Of a stretch of DNA of 64,000 nucleotides, positions 48,857-61,700 are shown piece after piece. The DNA is from Eledone cirrhosa (lineage: Eukaryota). Each line of letters begins with the position of its first letter. Positions within the stretch are counted from its first letter, which is position 1. The position numbers and the translations under genes were made by a program. The notes under the pieces are model-generated. The model saw only the letters and a program-made list of their open reading frames with translations, was not told the origin of the DNA and ran no database searches. The DNA lies in contig OZ024747.1 in the NCBI GenBank assembly GCA_964016885.1, positions 28,210,001 to 28,274,000 on the forward strand. The letters are read 5' to 3'.

Positions 48857-51800
48857 CCACGGGAATGGCAGGGGAGGACACAGTCGCAGGTTGTTGCTGT
48901 TGTTGGTGATGATGATGTTCCTCCACGGGAATGGTAGGGGAAGACACAGTCACCAGTTGTTGGTGTCGAGATGTACTGGGAGTGGAAGACATGGGTTGTT
49001 GTTGTTTCTGATGTTCTCCCACAGGAATAACAGTAGAAGCCAGTGTCATAGGTTTTTGCCGTTGTTCAGTAACAATGGTAGAGGAAGACACAGTCATTAG
49101 TTTTTGTTGTTTTTCAATAACATTAATAACATTCGTGGAGGCAGGCACACAGGCCAGACACTGAAAGGACCAGGATTTTAGCTGGACCATCTCCCATATT
49201 CCATCCATCATAGCATTATGATGTCTCTTTTTTTGGCCTGGGATCCTCCGGAAGCCTGTGGCGCATTGAAGGCAGACAGAGATGCGACAGGTTCCACATT
49301 CGACCCAGCGATTACGGAACGAGTTTTCGGGTTCCGTACAGATATGGCAGATGTGATTTTCTGGGCAATGTTCTATCTTGGGACATCGGCCGGTTTTGTC
49401 GCATATTTCATCGATGGATATCACCATGGCAATTTTGTTATTTCTACCCATCCGTAGAAAAACACAGAATGTAAACAATATAGGTTTAGCGCACTTGATT
49501 ACGATAGAAATAAAATGTCTGTTTTTTTGTGTATTTTGTTTCCGTTTTCCTAAATGTTGTGTGTGTACAGAAGAGTCTGAATTACATTACATGTAAACAA
49601 ATAAATATGCTGCGTAAGTTAAATGAAACGTACTGTAGAAGGCAGTTGTTTATTAACAGCGAAATAAGGTTTTTTTTTGTTTTTTTTTCCCCTGATACTG
49701 CTTCTTTATAGTAAACTTTCAATAATATTTTTTTTTCCAAATTATTAACTTTCAGCTGCTAGTATATATATATAATTAAAAGGTGTATGTGGGTTAGAAG
49801 CGAGGTCAATGTTAAGAAATATTTTACCAATGTAAATTGGTAAAATTGGCCGGTATAGTGTCTCACACGAAATAGTGTGGTTTCTTTTCACGTGTGTATA
49901 TGCATATGGTATGTATCTGTATATAAATCTGTGTGTATATTGTTGTTTATATGTTTTGTGGAGTACTTACTGCGATCCTTAAGGGACGTAGTGATTTGTT
50001 TTGTTTTTTTTTTCCTTTTTTCCCCGTCCATGTCCACACGTGGTTTGTTGGCGAAAATCAAGTCAAATTATATATACTTCGTTAAAATAATTCTATCTTG
50101 AAACTGGTACTAGTTGTCAGGGAACAGTGAAAGTAATTGTGATAATGAATATTGTAATCCATCTGACATGTGTTTAAAGGGCAGTTTTTGGTGAAAATAT
50201 TATATTTTGTTCGGTCAAGACGTGGTCAAGCGACCTTCCTTGTCGCCATGTTAACTCCCTTATATACCCTGTAACTCCAGTAATAATAAGTTGAAACTAA
50301 ATGTTGGGTACTGGATCTACAAACTCATCATCATATGGTCCTTTTCTTGTATATTTCTTATCATGTACGTCAGTATGTGTTTCGGTGTATGTATGGAACT
50401 AAAGACTAAAACTTTATATTCATGTTGTTATTCAGGAAAGATCGTGGCAGGGAAATAGCTCCACTTGAAACAAATATAACCAGAGAGAAATCTGACAATG
50501 ATGGCCAAGCTACAAGCAATAGTTCTTTTGCTGTGTACAGCTGGAGAAGGGTAATATATTTTTTAAGTATCATATTAGTATGCCACACATAAAGTTGATA
50601 GGAGTCTTCAGTTGTGTCAAGGGGACAACAACCTTTCTAATACTAGTTTCATGAAAAATTCACCCAGTACACTCTGTAATTGGGACAACTCTTCAGTTGT
50701 GCCAAGGGCATGACAACCTCCATAGTGTTGGTGCATGATAAAATGTATCCAGTACACTCTGTAAAAGGGTGTGTTATAGGAAGGACAGCCAGCTGTAGAA
50801 ATCATGCCAAACAGGGTTAAGAGGACTCTTCAGTTGTATGAAAGACATGACACTCTCCCTAGTTCTGGTGCCATGATCCAGAACACTCTAGAGTGCAGGG
50901 ATATATGTAAGTGAGATGTGGCCCCTGGCCTGTCTGAAAAGCCAGTAGCACTGATTAAGTACTGATTTGATCTGCAATGACCTGTCCAATCCTTGCTAGC
51001 AAGGAAAACATGTTAAATGATGATATGTTTGTTGTGTATGTTTTGTATGAGAGTTGTAGCACCTTAGTGGTCATCTCAGTGTTTCTGGCTTTCTCTCTTT
51101 GTGAAAGAGTGTGGTTTAGTGGTTAGGGTGTTCAGCTCATGATCATAAGTTTAGTTCCTTGAACAAGACACTTTATTTCACGTTGCCCCAGTCCACTCAG
51201 CTGGCAAAGTTGAGTTGTACCTGTTATTCAAAGGGCCAACCTTGTCACACATAGTGTTGTGTTAAATCTCCCTAAAAATTGCATGAGGGGGATGTGTCTG
51301 GAATGCTCAGTTACCTGATCATTAATTTCATGAGCAGACTGTTCCATTGTTGAAACAGCTAGAACACTCTTCAAAATCTATGATGATTCAGCACACACAC
51401 ACACACTGTCTCTCTCTTTCCTACAATAGTTGTTGTCTCTTCAGCATCAGTTAAATATTACAGCTGTGAATTCCAGTTTTGAGGATACACTATCCCCGTG
51501 TGTTGTAAGAAACAACTAAAAGGGGCTGTATGTAAAGCACTGGCTCAAAAAATCCAGTCGAACCAATGCCAGAATGGAAAAGTATTTGTAAAAACGCTGA
51601 TGATGAAGATGGTCAGTTGTACTGTTATTGATTGAATTGCTTCTATCCATTTCTTTCATTACCATCCTCATCCAGATATATTTATCTGATGTTACATTGT
51701 CTGGGTTGTCTGCACCAACTGTAAGAAAGAATATATTGATAAATAGTTGTTTGTTTTTTTTGTCCTTTATGAATATTTTAATTCTTAATGATACATCATT

Positions 51801-54800
51801 AGAAAGACATTCTTGAAAGGTACAAAACAGCACTATGACTACATCACATTAAATTTCCACAAATATCTGTCCTCGAGTAGAGATACTATAAATATTTGAA
51901 TTAACAAATCCTGTTTTTAAACATGTTCTGCTAAATCGTTACAGGATGTTAACAGTTATTAGACAATTTTAATTACTCATTATTTTCAAATAACCTTTTC
52001 TAATGTGTTTTATATGATTTTCCTTCTTTCTCTCCAGATTCCAAATGTACCGTATATTGTTGTAGTTAAAACACTCACTGATAAGAAAGAGAGACGACAA
52101 ATGAAAAAAATTCATGGTAAGCTTTGTATTAGCTCGTGGAAATTCCATGGTTTAATTAGAAACAACCACCAAGTTTTAAAGATCCATATGGCATTTTATA
52201 TATTTTATAAGTTGCACACACACACATACACAATATATATGGTACTTAATAACATATATATAACACAACAAAATAAATTGAATAAATTTAACGAATGACT
52301 GAAACTACTGAAATGGAATAGTTTACTCTCATTTTGAGGATAAACAATATTTTCTGAACAAGTAACTCCCTCCCTCTCTCTCTCTCTCTCATGCACACTT
52401 TTAACAGCAATATACACCATCCTTTAAAACAAACAGCTTTGTATCATAGAACTAAGGGTAGTTGATATCAAAAGGATTAAGTGATCTTTTAATGTATGAC
52501 TACAATTCCAACCCCAAAATGAGTGTTAAAACTGATGTTAATAGCAGTGGTGACAACAACAATGACAACAACTACTAACATTTTATGAAAGTATCCTAGC
52601 TTATTTTATAGTCAAACCTGCATTCTAGCAGATTACAATAAGCTAAGATACTTTCAAAGTGCAAATTTACTCAATGCTTTGTAGAATGATTATATGTTTG
52701 TTTAATTACTAAAATTGTTTTATACATAACTGATAATCTGATTTGTTATAAGACTTGTTTATTGGTGTTATTTGGTTTGTCTTTGTTTAGTTCTCACCCC
52801 AGAATTGGTCTACCACAGATTAGATCTACTACCAACAGATAACATGTGTGTCCATCTGAAACAACTTTCAACACTTGGTAAGTTATACTTTTATATCTTA
52901 TGTTAGGGTGTTATTACACACGTGTGACATGTTGTGGCCTTGATACCCACATGTAGCATGCTGTGGCCTTGATACTCACATGCGGCATGTTGTGACCTTG
53001 ATATTCATATGCGGCACGTTGTGGCCTTAATACATACATGTGGCATGTCTTAATACATACATGTGGTCTTAATACATATGTGACATATCTCAATACACAT
53101 GTGACAATTATCAGTGGATAATGACAATACTGCTTACTCCTGATATATTACCTATTTACAGCCACAAGTACTGAACCACTGAGAATTAAGTGTCTTGACC
53201 ATAGTGGAACACCACATTGAACAGAAATAGCAACTATTTTACAAAACATGAGAACAGAGAATGACTAAACTTAATATAACATAATTAGCTGTTGAGGAGA
53301 GTGCTCTGAAAACATAGTAGCTAGAATGTGAACAGGATAGATTGTGCTGGTATGGACACATGATGCATATGGATGATGATTGTTGGATGAAGAAGTGCCA
53401 AGAGATCCCGGTTGAAGGAAGCTGCAATAAAGGAAGACCTGTGTAAAGGTGGTGAAGCTAACCTTGAGATGTTGATCCTTACAGAAAAGATGGTGAATGG
53501 ATACAACAGGTCAAATGAAGCTGTACTGGAAAGGAAGTGTTAAACCCATGCAAACAAACAAAAAAACAAAAAACAGACATAAAAGGATGATGATGATGAT
53601 GATGAATCTTTTGTGTTTGGCCATGCTGATAGAAATTCACAGAATAGTGAGATGAGGTAGGAAATATGGCAAAATGGGCATCTCATCACAGCTGTTAATT
53701 CAAATGAGAATAAAAACTGGCACAAATTTACAAAATATTTATGCTGTTAATATATATCAGTTGATAATAATACATTTGAAGATAATATAAGATAATGTTT
53801 AAATATTTTATTTCAATATGATTGAGATATTTTTTTATGTCGACTCTAATTTGCAGATATCAGCACTGTGTTCCTTGCTGCCAACAGTTTTATCAATCCA
53901 TTTGAACATTTAAGTCAAGAAGAAACTAGAAGAATGGTACAGGGTTATATAGCTTTCCTAAAAGACAACACTCGCCTAATCCAAAACCCAGGCCTCAAGG
54001 TAGGTTGTTAAGTGAAATATTTTCCACTTAAAGTGTGACATGTTACCCCTATAATGTTAATATCCAGCTCGGTTTAATATGTCATGTTAGCTTTATAATG
54101 TTTAATGTGACACATTACCTTGTTAATGTTAATGTTAAGCTTGGTTGAGTTTAATTTGAAATTCTGAAGGCCTTGGTCAGTGAAATGGCAGTTGTAAGAG
54201 CATCGGGTTAAATGTCCTGACAGTTGTTCTGGCTCTCTGTATTCTGATTTCAAATCCCATAAAAAATGATGACGATATATATTTTACTGCTGCAATGATT
54301 TTATTTTCACATAAAAATATCTTGAACAATTTTAGGATCAAATTCGAAATGATGTTGCTGCTACTGCGAGAATTAATGATGAGTGGGTGCGACGCTTCCA
54401 TACAAGTCAACTGAATGATTATATCATACGGCGGTAAGTTTAATTATATCATAGAGTTTTAAGTTGAGTTATATCATAGGGTGGTAAGTTTAATTATATC
54501 ATAGTTATAAGTTGAGTTATATCCTACAATGGTAACTTTAGTTATATCATATGATGTTAAGTTTAGAGAGATATCATACTATGCTATGTTTAGTTATTAT
54601 CATACAGGGATAATATATCATATAGTTATACTATATAGTCATAAGTTTTGTATATCATACAGTCATGTGTTTAGTTATAAGTTCAGTTATATTATATGGT
54701 ATTAAGTGCAGTTATATCATATGGTATTAAGTTCAGTTATATCATATGGTCATAAGTTCAGTTATATCATACGGCCATAAGTCTAGTTATATCATATGGT

Positions 54801-57800
54801 TATACGTTCAGTTATACTACACAGTCATAAGTTCAGTTATATTGTGGTAAGTTTAATTATATCTCTTATGGAATATTTGTTAGATTTCACACATTTTAGC
54901 ATTTTATCTTTATTTCTTTTTTCCTCTGACCTAATAAATTTAATGGCTACAGGCACTGGTGTTAGCACTTTTGTGATTCTAGATGATTAACTGTGACATT
55001 GACATAATTGACTGTGGCGTTGACATATTTGTGATTTTTACTTAATTTTCCACACCTGACATATAATATAATACTTGTACTTTTGTTTCTGATTTTACAG
55101 GTATGTTGCAACACCTGGTGGTTCATTCCGAGTTTACCCAGGTACACTAATGGATAAGACCTATGACCCCACTAAAAGACCCTGGTTTGAAAGAGCTCTT
55201 GCTTTCCCTGGTTTTGTGACCCTTGCTGCCCCCTATTTAGATGTTGGAGGGGCTGGCTATATTGTCACTGTCAGCCATACGATATTTGAGGGAAAGTAAG
55301 TATATATTTGTATACATGTCTATCATCATTATCCTTTTTATGTCTGGTTTTTTTTATGCTTGCATGGGCCTTCTCTAACACAGTTCTCCTCCACTTAGTG
55401 TGTTCCTTCATCATCTCCTCTGTAACATTGAGATTTGGTCTCATCATTCCTGCCCAGCTTCTCCACTTGAAACTCCTTGCACTTCTTCATTCAATGATCA
55501 TCATATATATGCATCACATGGCCACACTTGGGCAGTCTTTTCTGTTGCTCATTACATTTGATTCATCTCATACCCAGTTCCTCTCTCGGTTCATCCATAT
55601 TTTGCCATTCATGTACATTAACATCACATCCATCAAAGCAAGCTTGCTTCATTTCTATTCAACCTATGCATATCTTCTGCATTTACTGCCCATGTTTCAT
55701 TTCCATGCAACATTGTACCTCGTCACATGTATTATATAGCTTCCCTTTCATTTGTAGAGAGAAAACTTTTGTTATTAACAGAGGTAGTAGCTATCTGAAC
55801 TTATTGTATCCTGTCCTTATTCTAGCTACTATATGTTTGCCTAGTTAGCACAAGCTATCAACTACTTCTATGGAGCCTTCCCTGGGATTGATTTAATTCA
55901 TTTTCCCCTCCCCCCAAATTGTTGGTCTTGTGCCAAATCAGAAACCTGTCACCCACCTTGTAGATTGTCTCTCTGTTGACCACTAGGCTCTGTCCTCTGA
56001 GGCATGTTTGACCATCACTGTCTTTGACAGCATTTAGCTTTTTTAATGGCTGTTCTAGCGATGTGTTTTCTCATTTTTATATGTATTATTATTATTGTTT
56101 GCTTTTCTTACAGGAGAGCTGCCCTCCATAGTCCCCAAGACAAAGTTGCTGCTGTGATGGGTATGGATATAACACTTGGCTATTTCTATAAGATTTTGGC
56201 TGAGAAAGTCCCAGCCTGTGAACAACCAACTGTTCGGTAAGAAGTTATTTTTTAATTTAAATTCCTCGTATTTGAGTATTTGGTGAGGGATTTTGAGTGT
56301 AGAGTGATTCATATTGGGATGAGGTAAGTAGAGGAAAGAAAGTTTTAGAGAAAGATTTAGTTGTGGAAGAGAAAGGATTTGACAGAATCTTTATCAGGTG
56401 GCCATAAAAGGGAGGAGTAAGACTAAGTGAAAGGAAGAATAAAAGAAGTGAATGCAATAGGTTATTTAGATGGAGACCCTATAACATTTGTAAGTTCAAA
56501 GGATCAGAGGTGTTTGTTGTTTAACTCCAAACCAACCTTGATCCAGCATAACTATGATCAAAGGATCAAAGGTGGTTGATGTTTAATGCCAGATCAACTT
56601 CAATTCAGTATATCTGTTATCAAAGGATCAGAGGTGGTTGTTGTTTAACTCCAGATCAATGTTAATCCAGCATATCTGATCTGCTCAGGGCCTCTGAGAA
56701 GTTGGGAGAGAGTGAGAATATATCCTCAAACTAGAGACCTGGGCTGAATGCTTGTAACAGAGTGAACTCCACTAAAGGCACCCAATGGTAATGTTAAACT
56801 GGGCAATGTATTAAGTCTATCATCCATGATTGGGGTATCTGGATAAATGTTGGTTTGCCTATTATCAGCTGATGGCATTTATGCTTAAAATTGCGTTAAC
56901 CCTTTAGCATTTAAACCTGACATATCTGGCCAGAATTATATCACCTCTTTCTGTTCAAACGAGCTGTAACTGGCCGTTCATACTGATGTTAAGGTATTGT
57001 TCTCAAAATAAATAATATCAAAATCTCATAGATTTTATGTTATGTGAGGTAAAGCCCTTGCTGTGAAAATACAATAGTAAATATAGAGTAATGTCTATAA
57101 AGAGTTAATTTTCAAAATTTATTTCTAGAAGTGTGAACAACATTTGTTTAACTTAACAAACATTGGGAAATTTGAAAATGTTGTCACCATGCAAAAAACT
57201 ATAATAATAGTTCATAGCTATAAATAATAGTTGAATAATCTAGGGGTACTTTACCTGATTTATTCAACTATTATTTTTATAACTATCAACTAATATTTTA
57301 GTTATCTGCAATGTCGCAACTATATTTTCATATATTTCTATTTTGCTTTGATAAAGAAAATTTGTTAATTGTAAATGCTAATTACCCCAAAAGATTTAAT
57401 TAATCATCAATTTCTGTTGTTTGTTTGTAGATGTTTTATTATGGATGATAATGGCTACCTTATCTCTCATCCTGACCTTATTGAACCAAATCGGAAAGGT
57501 CCTGTTGAACAGCAACATATCACACACAAAGTAAGTGACGTAATATGTCTATGTCAACCTTGAATGATTTACTCATCATGCATTAGTCAACACTCTTCAT
57601 ACCCAGTTGTTTTCTCATTTTCATTCTTGTATAATCGATTATCCTTGTCTTTTAATACTTTAACATTAGAACATATACACAACCACATACTCTCAGATCC
57701 CAAATAAAAGAGGGTGGAGTGGAATAAGTGGGATTGGGGTGATGGTGGAAAATTGGTAATTTTTTTAAGTTGTCTCCATTTATTTTTTTTTAAAACCTGA

Positions 57801-58714
57801 ATCTGTCGTTTAGTTTACAATTATCCGAGACCCTAGAGTACACAAACATATACACACAGTAACAGTCACACAGAGTAATACAGTCACAAACACTCACATA
57901 GTAACGGTCACACATTCATACAGTAAACACAATCACAAACACAGATACCTACTTAAAGAAAACAAAAATAAGTAATGGTTGGTAGTCAGGTAGGGCATCA
58001 GTGTCCAACCCATGGAAAAAGAACTCAAAGTAAAACTGGTGAACATCATCCCATCTACCTGTGAATTTGTCCTGTCTTTCACATAATATTGTTTCTTCTG
58101 TTTAGGAACCTCTCATTGCAAATGATATTTTGAATCATCGAGGTTTTGTTCAAAAGAAACTCTGCAACAGATACAATGATCGAACTGTTCAAAGATTCTA
58201 TAATGTAAGTTCTAAAACCTACAGTTTATTCAACTCTTTATAAATAAAGAACATTAAAATCACTCTCCCTCCCTCCCTCTCTCTCTCTCTCCCCCCCTCC
58301 CTCTCTCCCTCCCACCCTCTCTCTCTCTCCCTCCCTCCCTCTCTCTCTCTCCCTCCCTCCCTCTCTATCTCTCGCTCTTCCTCTGTATATATATATGACT
58401 GACTGAACACAGTCTTTTTCTCCAAAAGATCCTTTCCCATTTCTTCCCCTTCTCACTCCTCTTTTTTCTATTTCTTGTTTTCCTCATTCTATCTTCTGGT
58501 GAAAGACTTTTTTCCTACTGTATCAAACTTTAAATTAATATATATCTTCATTGTACTGAATGCTGTGTTATCACACCAAGGAAAAGCTTGCCACTCTTTT
58601 CCATTAAAGCTCACATCTTTCAGCCACAATTGTAAAATGTAAAGTATATATATGTGTGTGTGTTGTAATAATAAATACAAACACCAAAATCCAGAAAGGA
58701 CTCAATAAGGCTTG

Positions 58715-58747
<33 letters not shown>

Positions 58748-61700
58748 CCGTAAGGCAAATATTTATTATTAGTACAGATTAAAAGTTTAAGCAAAGAATT
58801 TCTGCTTTTACCCTAAGCGGGGCTCATCTGAAACTATTCTAAAATAAGAAACATATGAGCAAGACATGGTTCTCTGACCAGTCTAGTGTTGGATTGTGAC
58901 AATCAGTCCAATTGATGCCAGCATAGAATGTGAATGTAAAATGATGGTGATGATATATATATTTCTTTCTAGTTCAACACTAGTCTTGAAGGGGTTCTCA
59001 CAAATCTGGTCCATGGAGAACATTGTGCTCGTTACCAGGTACGTGAATAAATTTATTGAATATTATATTTTATTAATTTATTTTAGTATTTTCACTTATT
59101 TTTGTGTTTATTTATTTGTTATTACATTGATTTGTTTTTTTTTTCTAGATAACTCAAATTCCTGGCACAAATGCTTTTCTTGGAATTGTTAACCATACTT
59201 GTGACACAGCAACGGCCTTTTGTCCTTGTAGCATGGTAAGTAGTTAGATCCCTGGACATGTGTGTGTATATGCTAGCGTGGAAGAATGGACGTAAAATGA
59301 TGATTGTATATATGTATACGCTGTAATGTGGCCACGCTGTAATGTGGCCGTGTAGGTAACACGGTAAAAAGTTCCCAGTTCCACACTGTAAATGTGGTTG
59401 GTGTTAGGAAGGGCATCCAGCCGTAGAAAACCTGCCAGATAGTCCTATATGAGCAAGACACGGTCACCCGACCAGCCTTGCCTCAAGTGGGACAACTCCC
59501 ATCTAACCCATGCTAGCGTGGAAAATGGACGTTAAACGATGATGATGATGATAACGTGTGTGTGTATGTATTCTCTCACCAAGGCGACCCCATTTGTTCC
59601 AACACTTACTTCCCCTTCTCTCTACCACATTGCCAAATCTGCCCTCAAATTTCTCTCATACTCAACTAAACACTATTCCTTACTGTCTTCCATCTAACCC
59701 ATGCTAGCGTGGAAAATGGACGTTAAACGATGATGATGATGATAACGTGTGTGTGTATGTATTCTCTCACCAAGGCGACCCCATTTGTCCCAACACTTAC
59801 TTCCCCTTCTCTCTACCACATTGCCAAATCTGCCCTCAAATTTCTCTCATACTCAACTAAACACTATTCCTTACTGTCTTCTCTGCAAACTATAGTTTTA
59901 CCTGAACATTAACTACATCATCCGCACTAGTTTGAGAAGTGCTATAACCTTTCAAAGCCGTCTCTACCCTGTATATTCCTTTCTTCAAATAACAATCTCC
60001 TGTTTATCTTTGTAGATTGACCGTCTCTGCCTGAATTGTCACCGAATGGAACAGAGCGAGTGTGAGTGTCCTTGTGAATGTCCCCTGGAGATGAACTTCT
60101 GTACTGGAGGATTGTTACAGGAAGACGACAAGTAAGTTTCATCTTTTTACTCAGTTTTGTTGTTTTTAAATTCCGTTGTATTTGAAATAGTCTCTCTCAC
60201 ACATACACACACGCACATACACATACTCAGGTATGCATACATGCACATCTTTTAAATTAATCTATATAATACTACACATTTCTATAAAGTTATATTGAAC
60301 ACTTTTATGTCTCTATACCAGAGCATAAAAAAAACTAATATACATATAGTAAAAACGATGATGATATATATATATATGATGAAAAATGATGATATAGCAC
60401 CCAGTCCATCATGTAAGATGGTCATGCTGGTGACATGAGAAAAAGCCCCCCCACCCCCTTCACACTGTAATGTGGGTGGTTTTAGGAAGAGCATCCAGTT
60501 TAGAAACCAACCCAAAATACAGATCCATATGAGCAAGATATGGTCTCCAAACCTAACTTATCTCATAACAGGACAAACTATCTAAACCATGCAAATGTGG
60601 GAAAATAGATGTTAACAGCACCAATTAAAGAAAGGAAGAACTTCATCACTCTAGTCTTGTAGAGGAAATTCCATGTCCCAGATATCAGAACAGTTCTTGA
60701 AGATTTCAGTAGATACACCATCCTCACTTGGAGTTTTGCTCTTCTTCAGTTGTTGCATGTCTAGGGGGTAGTGTTTGTGGGATATGTGTAGGGACAGTTA
60801 GGCTGGTTCACAAACAGGTTGTGATTGAGTAGATTTGCAAAATGGTTACACCGCTGGCTTGAGATAACTACACCTTGGGCATCGGGGATCATATCACTTG
60901 TAGATGGGTACACCTTTGTGGTCAATTTTAGAAGTTGGTATTGCTTTAATGAATTCCAGGCAGAAGCTTGCATGCTCTATGTGTACAACGATGGTGCACC
61001 ACTATTCACTGCAATCTATGCAGGCAGAGTGGGCCATTTGAGAAGCTGATAATTAGTGGCATCACTGTTTTGGCCATGATTGGATCTTTCAATGAGATCT
61101 ATTGTACATCCAGTCTTTTTGACTACAGTTGGTAAATCATAATTTTTAAGTTATTACCTCTTGTAGGAGGTATTTGAGTTTGTGCTGCTCATTGCTGGTA
61201 AAGTGGACAGCTTATAATGAGAATTGGCATGATCAAGTCAGATCTTGGGCTGATATCTGGTTCTTGCATATATGGTGTTCACCATTGGAATCATGACGGG
61301 CTGGCTATATCCACATCAGATGTCTGTGATCACTTTGCATGGGCGGCCTCTGTAATGTGGATTCAGTGTTTGGAGTTGACATATATTGTATGCACAAATA
61401 TATTCATGACTGACCAAAAATATCTTGCATTGGACATTTCACATTGTTGTACATGTATGTTTTTTTGTAAGCAATTCACACACACATACATTTCTATCTC
61501 TTTCTATCTATTTTCCCCCCAATATATAACTTGTTTATATCTATTTATACTTATGAGACTCCACATGTGTGTATGTGTGCAAGTTATTCATAAAAATAGC
61601 TGTACTGTCGAAATAAAAAGACTATAGAAAACAAGTAGTTTCTATCTATAGAAAGTAACAATGCATTTACTACATTTACTCCATCTTGTATTTCAGTAAT

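Larger units (their letters stand above)
45031..50280 (-). mobile_element. Apparently full-length CR1-clade LINE, antisense in a CACHD1 intron
   Basis: ORF1 (PHD-like finger, polyQ), ORF2 (APE + RT), 3' UTR and (ATT)n tail at 45031-45047; 5' boundary inferred from TAATAATAA at 50281 (possible TSD) and a YY1-like motif, so it is approximate. Confidence 0.88.

Noticed and set aside
48670-49100. Poly-Cys, poly-Leu and poly-Val ORFs on +
   Set aside because: Antisense readings of the ORF1 CAA/CAG tract
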